A DNA stretch of 51,995 nt from contig JBFGLT010000003.1 of assembly GCA_041576015.1 (NCBI GenBank), forward strand, positions 1 through 51,995, given 5' to 3'. The notes beneath the pieces are model-generated. The model did no database searches and was not told where the DNA came from. It saw only the letters and a program-made list of their open reading frames with translations. Shown here one piece after another: positions 8,664 to 17,541 of this stretch (positions are counted from its first letter, which is position 1; each line of letters opens with the position of its first letter). The position numbers and the translations under genes were made by a program. The DNA comes from Acidimicrobiales bacterium (GTDB lineage Bacteria; Actinomycetota; Acidimicrobiia; Acidimicrobiales; SZUA-35).

Positions 8664-10106
8664 TCACACGGACGATTTTTCGGTGGGGGGGTCGTCGGGG
8701 AAGTCGATCAGCACGCGTCCGCCGACCACCTCGCAGGCGTAGAGCCGGAGGGGTTGTTTCACCGGCTTGCGGGCCGGTTCGCCCGTGCGGAGGTCGAACC
8801 GCCCGTTGTGCTTGGGGCACTCGATCGTGCAGTCGATGATCAGGCCCTCGGCGAGATGGGCCTGCCCGTGGGTGCAGAGACCGTCGCTGACCACGACGTC
8901 GTCGGCCGCCAGCCGGTAGATGGCAAAGGTGCGATCGCCGCGGTCGACCCGTCGGGCCTGACCGACCGGAACGTCGCCGACCGCCCCGAGATCGAGGCTG
9001 TGGCGGCCCTCGACGGCGTGAGGAACGATGGGGCCGACATCGATCGGGCGAACCCCTGCGCTCGGGACGTCGGGAACGAAGCGATCGGGGATCTCCCAGT
9101 CGGGGTCTGAATCCTGGTGGCGCATGGCGTTGAGCAGTTCGCGGTAGGCGGCGATGGTGCTCGGGTTGGCGGCCGGGAGGTACTGCTTGATCTCCTCGTG
9201 CAGCGCCGGAAGGTTGTAGTAGGGGACACCGGGGAAGATGTGGTGTTCGATGTGGTAGTTCATGTTCGAGTACAGGAACCTGAAGACGGGGTTCATGTAC
9301 ACGGTGCGGGTGTTCAACCGGTGGTCGAGCACATCTTCCCGCAGCCCGGCGTGCTGGGTGATGCCGAAGAACACCACCAACCATGCGCCGTAGATCGTCG
9401 GCAGCCCGACGAGGAGAACCGGCAACGGATTCCAGAGCAGGACGGCGAGCACAACGGTCCCGGTCAGGATGGCGATGAACGCCCGCGCCTCCCACACCAG
9501 GCGGCGGTGCTCGGATTCGGGGATGAAGTCGGCGGCCTCGGGATCGGGTCGCCCGGTGATGGCGTGGCGAGCCATGCGGTTCAGCATCTTTGGTCCGTTG
9601 ATCCAGTGGAGGTAGGTGAGCGGGAGCGCCGCCAGGCTCGAGGGACGGGGAAACACGATCTCGGCGTCCCGACCGACGATGATCGTGTCGGTGTGGTGGC
9701 GGTAGTGCGACCAGCGCCACAGTGTGGGCTCCCGCCACAGCATGAACGACGCCAGGTAGTAGACCGCCGTGTTCAACGCAGGAAGCTTCGAGGCCGTGCC
9801 ATGGCCGAACTCGTGCCACCGGGAGTCGGCCGCACCGCCGTACAGCGCCCCGTAGGCGAACAGGATCGGGATCGACCACCACGACGGCCACGTGAGCACC
9901 GCCAGCAACCCGAGGCCGATGATCAGGCCCAGCCACACCGCCGTGTCCCTGATCGCCCGTCCGTTGGTGCGCTGCATCAGCTCGGTCAGCCGCGCCTCAG
10001 CGATCGGGGGCCGCCACCAACTTCCGTCGGCCAGGCCCCGTTCGACGGCCCGCCGGTTCGCCGGACCGGTGAGCCGGTAGTCGCGGTCATCCAGGGTTGC
10101 GGTCAT
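8664..10106 (-). CDS. MocD-like membrane di-iron oxygenase (fatty-acid-desaturase family) fused to a MocE-like Rieske ferredoxin
   Basis: His boxes HEFGH, HYRHH and HIEHH; C-terminal Rieske motifs CTHG and CPKH in the same frame. Confidence 0.85.
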   Translation of the reverse strand: MTATLDDRDYRLTGPANRRAVERGLADGSWWRPPIAEARLTELMQRTNGRAIRDTAVWLGLIIGLGLLAVLTWPSWWSIPILFAYGALYGGAADSRWHEFGHGTASKLPALNTAVYYLASFMLWREPTLWRWSHYRHHTDTIIVGRDAEIVFPRPSSLAALPLTYLHWINGPKMLNRMARHAITGRPDPEAADFIPESEHRRLVWEARAFIAILTGTVVLAVLLWNPLPVLLVGLPTIYGAWLVVFFGITQHAGLREDVLDHRLNTRTVYMNPVFRFLYSNMNYHIEHHIFPGVPYYNLPALHEEIKQYLPAANPSTIAAYRELLNAMRHQDSDPDWEIPDRFVPDVPSAGVRPIDVGPIVPHAVEGRHSLDLGAVGDVPVGQARRVDRGDRTFAIYRLAADDVVVSDGLCTHGQAHLAEGLIIDCTIECPKHNGRFDLRTGEPARKPVKQPLRLYACEVVGGRVLIDFPDDPPTEKSSV

Positions 10107-10190
10107 GATATCGCCTCACGAGGAACGAATCGGTTGCGATCAGTGTCGCGCAGCCGCTCAGGTGGGGCGAAACAACATACGCCGGCGGAC

Positions 10191-10988
10191 TCAGGAGCGG
10201 TCTCCGGCGATCGCCGCCTCGAGCTCGTGGTGGAGCTCCTCGAGCTCGGCGCCACCGGCCATCAACTGGGTGAGTTCGGACAGGGTGATCTCTTCCTTGG
10301 CGAAGTTGCCCATCGACTGGCCCCGGTTGAGGATCAGGAACCGGTCGCCGACCGGGTAGGCGTGGCTGGGGTTGTGGGTGATGAAGATCACCGCCAGGCC
10401 GGCCTTGCGGGCGTCGACGATGCGCTTGAGAACGACGCCGGACTGCTTGACCCCGAGCGCCGACGTGGGCTCGTCGAGGATGAGGACCTTGGCGCCGAAG
10501 TAGCCGGCCCGGGCGATGGCGACCGACTGGCGCTCGCCGCCCGACAGCGTCCCGACCGGCTGTTCGGTGTCGCGGATGTCGATACCCATCTTGGCCAGTT
10601 CGGCCTTGGCGATGTCCTTGGCCTTTCGTTTGTCGATCCACTTGATCGGTCCGATGCTCTTGGTCGGCTCGGCGCCCAGGAAGAAGTTCCGCCACACCGA
10701 CATCAGCGGCACCATGGCGAGGTCCTGGTACACGGTGGCGATCCCGGCGGCCAGAGCCTCCCGCGGCGACTCGAAGAGCAGCTCCTCCCCGCTCATGCGG
10801 ATGTTTCCCTCGGTCTGCTGGTGGACGCCGGCCAGGATCTTGATGAACGTGGACTTCCCCGCTCCGTTGTCGCCGAGCACACAGGTGACCTCACCGGCGT
10901 TCACCCAGGTCGTGACCCCCCGGAGGGCGATGATGTTGCCGTAGTACTTGGACACGTTGTCGAGTTCGAGGAGATGGGCTTCGGCCAT
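10191..10988 (-). CDS. Sugar (CUT2) ABC transporter ATP-binding protein, single NBD
   Basis: [13 protein letters not shown] and ILDEPT motifs. Confidence 0.92.
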   Translation of the reverse strand: MAEAHLLELDNVSKYYGNIIALRGVTTWVNAGEVTCVLGDNGAGKSTFIKILAGVHQQTEGNIRMSGEELLFESPREALAAGIATVYQDLAMVPLMSVWRNFFLGAEPTKSIGPIKWIDKRKAKDIAKAELAKMGIDIRDTEQPVGTLSGGERQSVAIARAGYFGAKVLILDEPTSALGVKQSGVVLKRIVDARKAGLAVIFITHNPSHAYPVGDRFLILNRGQSMGNFAKEEITLSELTQLMAGGAELEELHHELEAAIAGDRS

Positions 10989-11018
10989 CGTGAGCCTCCA
11001 GTGTGATCGGTTGGTTGG

Positions 11019-12923
11019 TCAGCGCCGAAGTGTTTCGGCCCGGGTGCGGATCGAGCGGTTGGCGATCACCGCCAGCAGCAGGATCACGCCGAGGAAGAGG
11101 AACTGCCAGTCGGAGTTCCAGCGGGCGAATGGGATGCCGAGGGTGCCCATGGCAACGATGATCGAGCCGATCGCACCGCCGAGGGCTGTCCCGTATCCGC
11201 CGGTCAGGAGCGTCCCCCCGACGACGGCGGCGATGATGTAGTTGAACTCAAGACCATTGCCGGTGTTGGCCTGGATCGTGTTCAACCGGAACGCCAAGAG
11301 CATGCCGACGAGCCAGGCGGCGCCGGAGACGAGCATGAACAGCTGAGTCTTGGTACGGGCGGCGGGGACACCGACCTGGCGGGCTGCTTCGGTGTTGCCG
11401 CCGACGGCAAAGGTCCAGCTGCCGAACTTGGTGTTGCCGAGCACCCACACCATCGCAACGGTGAAGATGATGAACCAGACGTTCCGCATCGAGAACTTGG
11501 CCGGTGAGAGACCCGCTTCGATCTCGGCGTTGGTCGTGAAGAGCAGCTTCACGGCCATGCCGATCCCAACCGACAGGATGCCGGCGGCGATCATTCGGGC
11601 CCCCAGCTCGTCGGCGCTGGTGTGCACCTTGTTCCGCTCGTCGAAGAAGGCGGTCAGGATTCCCCAGGCGAGAATCACGAGAGCCAGGGTCAACAGCACG
11701 CTGAACGCCTCGGTCCGGAACTTCACCGACTCGGACTGTGCCCGCACCACGACGGCCACCACCGCAATGAGGGCGGCGATCACGATGGAGAGGACGCTGC
11801 GGGCGAGCGGACCCGCCTGCCGGGCGTTGTGAACGGCGATACCGAACGCCGTTGCCGACAAGATGGTGAACAGGAGCATGAGCGTCGCCCGAAGACCCTG
11901 GTTGGTGAACGGGAAGATCAAGTCGGAGGAATCAGCGGAATCCAAGATGATCGAGGCGAGGAAGGCGAGCACGAGGCTGGCCACTCCGAGTCCGGCGTAC
12001 CGCAGGACGGTGGGCGTGAACTGCAACTCACCGGTGTCGGTGATCGGCTGGAACCGCCAGGTCGCGAACCCGTGCAGGCCGACCAGGGTGCCGGCGGCGA
12101 TGATGGCCGCACCGGCGATGTTCCCCCCGGTTCCGTCGGTCGCATGGAGCACGAGGACGCCTGCGATCACCCCCGCCGCACCGGCAACGAACTCGATGAG
12201 ACCCGCTTGCTTGAGTCCGTCCTTCCGGTGTTCGAAATGCATCTCGAACACCGCAAGGGCGATGATGGCCATTCCGGCGAGGACGAAGACCGTGTAGATC
12301 CCATCTCGCGCTCCCAACTGGTGGGTCGTGCGGTCCCATTCGGAGGCGAAGATGTTGTACCAGAAGTCGTAGCCGTGGGCGTTGCGAATGTCGCCGACCT
12401 GGATCTGGTCGACGATGAGCTTGGAAAAGCCGAGCTTCATCCCTCGGAGCACGAAGAACGTGCCGAGGGTGACGATGAAGCTGGGGAGGCGGGTTCGTTC
12501 AACCATCCAGCCGTTGAAGAACCCGATGCCAAGCGCGATGAGCAGAGACAGAGGGACGGCGATCCACAGGGTGATGCCGGCGCCGCCGAACTGCCCAGCC
12601 TCCTTGGACAGCAGGATCACCAGCATGCCCATCGCTCCGGTGTTGGCACCCGACGACAGATCGAACTCACCACCCACCATCAACATCGACACCGCCACCG
12701 CCATGATGCCGAGCGTCGATGCGGTGTCGACGATGTTGGAGGCGCCGTTGGCCGTGCCGAAGGGAATGCTGACCGCCCAGAAGAACACCCAGATTCCGAC
12801 GGCGCCGAGCATGGCCCCGATCTCGGGCCGGATGAACAGCCGCTGGAACACCCCCCGGTAGGCGAGCCGTTCGTCAGCGCCGCCCGAAGCGGCGATCGCT
12901 GCGGAAGCAGATGTGTCGGTCAT
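11019..12923 (-). CDS. Sugar (CUT2, RbsC-like) ABC permease with a large internal membrane insertion
   Basis: GEFDLS, PSFIVTLG, AVGGNTEAARQVGV and IAAVVGGT motifs; 634 aa. Confidence 0.88.
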   Translation of the reverse strand: MTDTSASAAIAASGGADERLAYRGVFQRLFIRPEIGAMLGAVGIWVFFWAVSIPFGTANGASNIVDTASTLGIMAVAVSMLMVGGEFDLSSGANTGAMGMLVILLSKEAGQFGGAGITLWIAVPLSLLIALGIGFFNGWMVERTRLPSFIVTLGTFFVLRGMKLGFSKLIVDQIQVGDIRNAHGYDFWYNIFASEWDRTTHQLGARDGIYTVFVLAGMAIIALAVFEMHFEHRKDGLKQAGLIEFVAGAAGVIAGVLVLHATDGTGGNIAGAAIIAAGTLVGLHGFATWRFQPITDTGELQFTPTVLRYAGLGVASLVLAFLASIILDSADSSDLIFPFTNQGLRATLMLLFTILSATAFGIAVHNARQAGPLARSVLSIVIAALIAVVAVVVRAQSESVKFRTEAFSVLLTLALVILAWGILTAFFDERNKVHTSADELGARMIAAGILSVGIGMAVKLLFTTNAEIEAGLSPAKFSMRNVWFIIFTVAMVWVLGNTKFGSWTFAVGGNTEAARQVGVPAARTKTQLFMLVSGAAWLVGMLLAFRLNTIQANTGNGLEFNYIIAAVVGGTLLTGGYGTALGGAIGSIIVAMGTLGIPFARWNSDWQFLFLGVILLLAVIANRSIRTRAETLRR

Positions 12924-12980
12924 GGATTTTGCATCTCCCCAGATGAACGAGTACTTGTGCGGCGATCCTGTGTCGCCGGG

Positions 12981-13014
12981 GTTCGGGGGAGCCAGAGGCC
13001 CGGCTCCCCCGAAC
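12981..13014 (-). promoter_or_regulatory. Intergenic hairpin between the binding-protein and permease genes (mRNA stabiliser or partial terminator)
   Basis: Perfect 13-bp inverted repeat GTTCGGGGGAGCC / GGCTCCCCCGAAC with an 8-nt loop and no U-tract. Confidence 0.7.
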
Positions 13015-13058
13015 GGGCGTGCTGCTACCGGGTCATGCCCGGCACCAGCACCGCTGGA

Positions 13059-14135
13059 TCAGCGAGTGCCGGCGTCGACGAGGGCGGCCACCTCGGCGGC
13101 GTTCTCCGGAGTCACGAAGCCGGGACCGGTGAGGATCGGCTGGCCACCACCGACGGTGTTGAGGTTGGTGGCGTTGAGGTACAGCACCAGGATCGGCAGA
13201 TAGCCCTGCACGTACTGCTGCTGATCGACCGTGAAGGCGATTTCGCCGTTGTCGATGGCGGTGATGATCTCCGGCGTGATGTCGAAGCCGCCGATCCCGG
13301 CCAGATCGCGGCCGACGTCGTTCGCCGCCCGCAGACCCGAGACGGCGATCACCGGTCCGACACCCATGAAGCCGTCGATGTCCGGGTCGGCCTGGAAGGC
13401 GGCAGAGATGGCGTTCTGCTGGGCCGTCTGGTCCTGATCGAGGCCGACGAACTCGGAGATGACCTCACCGCTGAACGTGTCGGCCAGACCGTCGCATCGC
13501 TCCTCGAGGGCGATGTTGGACTCCTCCTGGCGGCCGCACAGGATCTTGGTGGCACCGAGATCGTTGAACCGCTCACCGGCGCCCTGGCCGGCGATGAACT
13601 CGGTCTGGCCGACGTGGGTGACGGCGCCGATCTCCTGGTAGTTGTTCACGCCCGAGTTGAGGGTGACGACCGGGACGCCCTGGTTGACCGCATCGGTGAG
13701 CGGGCCCACCAGCTGGTCGGGGCTCGGCAGCGAGGAGGCGATGCCGTCAGTGCCCTCCGAGATCGCCTCGCTGATGAACTGCACCTGCTGCTCGGGATCG
13801 TTGTTTGATCCGAGCCAGACGCAGTCGACACCGAGGTCGGCGCAGGCGGCGTCCATACCCCGCTTGACGACCGACCAGAACGGACCGTCATCGGAGTGGG
13901 TGATCATGTGGAACGTGAGATCGGATCCCTGTGTCAGGTCGACGCTGTCGTCAGCGGAGCCGTCGTCGCCCGAGCCGTCGTCGCCCGATCCGTCGTCGCC
14001 CGATCCGTCGTCGGTCTGAGCGGTCCCGTCGTCGCCTCCGTCGGTGGCCCCTTCGTCGTCGGACCCTCCGCAGGCGGCGGCCACGAGCGCAAATGCGAAG
14101 AGCAGAGCCAGCAGGCTCCTGAGGCTTGACATCAT
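13059..14135 (-). CDS. Sugar/inositol ABC transporter substrate-binding lipoprotein
   Basis: Lipobox AAAC, acidic linker, and class I periplasmic-binding-protein motifs FWSVVKRG and DQQQYVQGY; RBS GGGGAGG. Confidence 0.9.
   Translation of the reverse strand: MMSSLRSLLALLFAFALVAAACGGSDDEGATDGGDDGTAQTDDGSGDDGSGDDGSGDDGSADDSVDLTQGSDLTFHMITHSDDGPFWSVVKRGMDAACADLGVDCVWLGSNNDPEQQVQFISEAISEGTDGIASSLPSPDQLVGPLTDAVNQGVPVVTLNSGVNNYQEIGAVTHVGQTEFIAGQGAGERFNDLGATKILCGRQEESNIALEERCDGLADTFSGEVISEFVGLDQDQTAQQNAISAAFQADPDIDGFMGVGPVIAVSGLRAANDVGRDLAGIGGFDITPEIITAIDNGEIAFTVDQQQYVQGYLPILVLYLNATNLNTVGGGQPILTGPGFVTPENAAEVAALVDAGTR
13957..14013. repeat. 15-bp tandem repeat (about 3.8 copies) encoding the DDGSG linker
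   Basis: Unit GA(G/T)CCGTCGTCGCCC repeated in frame within the lipoprotein gene. Confidence 0.9.
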
Positions 14136-14199
14136 GGATTTCCTCCCCTTGTGATGGTGGTGAACGGACGCGGAACCTCCGCGGCCGATCCAGTTGGCG

Positions 14200-15153
14200 T
14201 CACCGTACTATCTCCGCGAGTTGTGCGCTGACGGTCTGGAGATATGCAACGCTTTTGGCAACGTCGCGAATGGGGCCCTCGCCGGCGGCCGGTGCCGGTC
14301 CGGTGATGGCGCAGTCCTGCTCGACCACGTAGTGCCCGGAGTATCCAGCGGTCTCCAGGGCCGTGATGACCTCGTCGATGGCGAGGTCTCCGTCGCCCAA
14401 TGGGGGGAACAGCCCGTGCTGCACGGCCTCCATGAGGGACAGCTCACCACGATTCAACCGTTCGGCGACCGCGAAGCGCAGATCCTTGAGGTGCACCAGC
14501 CCGACCCGGTCCAGGTGGTCCCTGGCGAACGTCATGGGATCGAAGCCGCCGATGGCCATGTGCCCCGTGTCGAGCACGAACGACACCGCTGATCGGTCCA
14601 GAACCAGCTCGATCTCCTCGGCGGTCTCGACCACGCATCCGTAGTGCTCGTGCAGCACCTGGCGGAGTCCGTGGCGGTGGCAGATCTCCTCGACGGCGGC
14701 GATCCCCTCGACCAGCGCCTCCCACTCGTCGTCAGCGTATGCGCGGCGAGGCTCCCAGTCCGACGACGTGACCGGCGCAGTGTTGAAGTAGCGGGCGCCG
14801 GCAGCCGACAGCAGCGCGGCCGCCTCCTCGGAAGCCGACAGCTGAGCGTCCCGCTGCGAGCGATCGTGCAGGACGAGCGGGATGAAGGCGGCGAGCAGTC
14901 CGAGCTCGTGGGTGGCGAGCAGCTCCCGCAGCGGATCGAGCTCGGTGGGGAGCCACCCGGTCGAACCGAGCTCGGTGGCGGTGAAACCGAGGGAGTTCAT
15001 CTCGCTGAGCACCCGGTCGGGTGGCAGTTGATGGCCCCAGCCGGGCACCTCGCACACACCCCACGAGATCGGTGCGGTGGCGACACGCTGGAGGAATGAC
15101 GGCTGTTTCAAGGGCAGGGTTTCACCGGGGATCGGATGTGCCGGGAGACACAC
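14200..15153 (-). CDS. iolE: Myo-inosose-2 dehydratase (IolE/MocC, xylose-isomerase-like TIM barrel); start may be TTG at 15111
   Basis: APISWGVCEVPGWG, LDTGH, VHLKD and VVEQD motifs; first gene of the sugar ABC operon. Confidence 0.75.
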   Translation of the reverse strand: MCLPAHPIPGETLPLKQPSFLQRVATAPISWGVCEVPGWGHQLPPDRVLSEMNSLGFTATELGSTGWLPTELDPLRELLATHELGLLAAFIPLVLHDRSQRDAQLSASEEAAALLSAAGARYFNTAPVTSSDWEPRRAYADDEWEALVEGIAAVEEICHRHGLRQVLHEHYGCVVETAEEIELVLDRSAVSFVLDTGHMAIGGFDPMTFARDHLDRVGLVHLKDLRFAVAERLNRGELSLMEAVQHGLFPPLGDGDLAIDEVITALETAGYSGHYVVEQDCAITGPAPAAGEGPIRDVAKSVAYLQTVSAQLAEIVR

Positions 15154-15172
15154 CCGGGGTTGGAACTCACCA

Positions 15173-15202
15173 AAGCTACGGTGCCCCAGTTTCGCCCGTC
15201 AA
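15173..15202 (-). promoter_or_regulatory. Housekeeping-sigma promoter for the iolE operon
   Basis: TTGACG-N18-TAGCTT on the minus strand. Confidence 0.6.
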
Positions 15203-15275
15203 GGCGACATCGAGCAGCGCCGGGCGGCGCGCCCGATCAATGCGGTGGGTCGGGGAACGGCCCGGCTCGTTCCGT

Positions 15276-15467
15276 TCAACTACCCGCCGGTTGCTCCACC
15301 TCGGCGTCGTTGCCCGGGAAGAAGATGCTCTCGTGGTCATCCTGCCACCGGACGAGGTACGGCGGACCGCCGTCGTCACCTCGCACCTCCAAAACGAGCG
15401 CCCTTCTCGCCGGCTCGCCCACATGGTGACTGTGCACCACGATGTGATCTCCTACCTTTGCCCGCAT
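15276..15467 (-). CDS. DUF1918 family small protein (Rv0569/Rv2302-like)
   Basis: MRAKVGD...GGPPYLVRW...FFPG pattern; RBS GGAGGA. Confidence 0.85.
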   Translation of the reverse strand: MRAKVGDHIVVHSHHVGEPARRALVLEVRGDDGGPPYLVRWQDDHESIFFPGNDAEVEQPAGS

Positions 15468-15532
15468 GGTCGTTCCTCCTCTCGAAGCAGAATCTCTGCT
15501 GCGATCTCACCCCGATCTTAGGCGTGCGCCGT

Positions 15533-15548
15533 AGGGTCCGATGACCCG
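15533..15548 (-). promoter_or_regulatory. DosR/OsdR-like box upstream of the DUF1918 gene
   Basis: CGGGTCATCGGACCCT (GGGTC-N4-GACCC palindrome). Confidence 0.5.
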
Positions 15549-15613
15549 ATCTCGCGCCGGGAGGTCGATCCGTCGCCCTCGACGAGGTTCGTGCCCGATG
15601 TGAAAGCCGACGC

Positions 15614-16282
15614 TCAGTCGTCCAGGTCTCCGTAGACGTCGGTGTTGCTGTCTCCTTGGCTGATCGGCTCGGTTGCGCTGCGAACTACGCCGACAAGGTT
15701 CGAGACGATCCGTTTGACGTACCGCTGATAGATGGCCCGCGGAACCACCTCGTGGCCAGGGCGATCCGACGTCAAATAGGAATCCATGGTCGTGCGGAGC
15801 TCGTCATTGACCGCCTGCGCACGCGCCGCGAAGTCCTCGATTCGGTCGCCTCCGTGCTGGAGTAGGTCGGCGGCCTCGGTGAAAAGCGAGGAAACCGTAC
15901 GACGCTGAGCGAGCAGCTCATCGATGTCGGGACCGCCGGCGAACGAGACGCCCGCCTCGGCCAGGTCGAGAATGTTCTTGGCCTGATCGCCGATGCGCTC
16001 GATCTTCTTGAGCAGCAGGATGAGCCCGAGCACCTCGCCGATGTCGGTGGCCCCTTGAACTGTGACGTGAACGACCAGCTCTGAACGCAGGTCCTGCTCG
16101 GCACGGTTGATCCGTTCGTCGGTCGCACGAATGTCGTCGGCGACCGCCCGCATGTCACCGCCGGACATCACCGCAGCCGTGGCGAGATCGAACGAGTGGC
16201 GTGCGTCGCTGAGCATCGTCACCGACCTGGCGACCACATGATCGAGCCCGGCCGTGCTCTTTCGGAAGAACGAGAGAACCAT
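15614..16282 (-). CDS. PhoU-domain phosphate uptake regulator
   Basis: DERIN...E and KIERIGDQAKNI PhoU repeat motifs; immediately downstream of the Na/Pi symporter. Confidence 0.8.
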   Translation of the reverse strand: MVLSFFRKSTAGLDHVVARSVTMLSDARHSFDLATAAVMSGGDMRAVADDIRATDERINRAEQDLRSELVVHVTVQGATDIGEVLGLILLLKKIERIGDQAKNILDLAEAGVSFAGGPDIDELLAQRRTVSSLFTEAADLLQHGGDRIEDFAARAQAVNDELRTTMDSYLTSDRPGHEVVPRAIYQRYVKRIVSNLVGVVRSATEPISQGDSNTDVYGDLDD

Positions 16283-16292
16283 CTGTCGACTC

Positions 16293-17435
16293 CTAACGGA
16301 GAAGGGCCACGCCGAAGAGCGGGGCGATGATGAACAAGCCTACGACGTAGGCGAGGGCGAGTGTGCGGCGTTCGACGGCAATCGTTGCCATGCGCTCGGC
16401 GGCGATCACGGGCACGTCGCGAGCCAGAGGGATGACGTAGAGGGTCAAGATGCCGAGCACGTTGAACGTCGTGTGAGCCAGGGCGACGGTGAGGGAATCC
16501 GCGCTCGACGCCGCCATGGCGGCGAGCAGAGCGGTGATGGTGGTGCCCACATTGGCGCCCAGGGTCACGGGATAGGCGTTGCGGAGCGACAGGACACCGG
16601 CGGCCGAGAGCGGAATCAGGATTGAGGTCGTGATGCTCGACGACTGCACCGACACGGTGATCACCAGACCGACCAAGAGGGCGACAGCGCCACCGCCCTT
16701 GCCGAGGATGGCGTTGACCGATTGCTCGATCCGGGCCGCAACCAACTGCTTCATGTTCTTCGTGATGAACGTCAGCGCACCGAGAACGATGACCAGACCC
16801 GACAGCACCATCAGGGTCCCCTGAAGGTTCCCGTCGGCTCCGAGCGCACCCCAGATGTCCTCGATCCACCCAACCGGAGCCTTGACCCAGGCCTTGACCG
16901 GACTCTTCCACTCGGTGCCCGCTGAACCGACCAGCTGCTCGCTCATGCTCTGGGCGATCGACGACACGACGCCGGTGGCCAGCTCGACGGGCAGGAGGAC
17001 TGCGACGGCGAGGACATTGAAGAAGTCGTGCACGGTCGCTGCTGCGAATGCTCGCTTGAACTCCTGTGACTGGCGAACGTGGCCGAGTGAGACCAGCGTG
17101 TTGGTCACGGTCGTGCCGATATTGGCCCCCATGACCATCGGAACTGCGTCGCCGACGCCCAACGCACCGGAAGCCACCAGGCCGACGATGACCGACGTGC
17201 TCGCCGACGACGATTGCACCAGGACCGTCCCGAGGATGCCGATCGAGAGACCGGCGATCGGATTCGACACTGCCGAGAAGAGGCGCTCCTGAGTGTCGGC
17301 CCCCATGATCTTGATCCCCGCCTCCAGCGAGGACACCCCGACCAGGAAGATGTAGATGAGGGCAACGACGAGTGCGGCCCGTACCGCCGGAGGAATTCGG
17401 GCTTCTCTCGATACGTGCGGTGTCTGAAGATCCAT
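16293..17435 (-). CDS. Na+/phosphate symporter (NptA/SLC34 family)
   Basis: Duplicated QSSS motifs and GANIGTT/GANVGTT. Confidence 0.9.
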   Translation of the reverse strand: MDLQTPHVSREARIPPAVRAALVVALIYIFLVGVSSLEAGIKIMGADTQERLFSAVSNPIAGLSIGILGTVLVQSSSASTSVIVGLVASGALGVGDAVPMVMGANIGTTVTNTLVSLGHVRQSQEFKRAFAAATVHDFFNVLAVAVLLPVELATGVVSSIAQSMSEQLVGSAGTEWKSPVKAWVKAPVGWIEDIWGALGADGNLQGTLMVLSGLVIVLGALTFITKNMKQLVAARIEQSVNAILGKGGGAVALLVGLVITVSVQSSSITTSILIPLSAAGVLSLRNAYPVTLGANVGTTITALLAAMAASSADSLTVALAHTTFNVLGILTLYVIPLARDVPVIAAERMATIAVERRTLALAYVVGLFIIAPLFGVALLR

Positions 17436-17541
17436 CAAGTTACTCGTCGGTAGATTCGACAGCCCAGAAGGTACAACACCGAGCGGTCGAACGCCCCCTG
17501 GACAGGGAAGGATTCCCCAGCCATTGGTACCGTCGACGTCG

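Noticed and set aside
15614-17435. Na/Pi symporter-PhoU pair as a novel system
   Set aside because: A common, well-known association.
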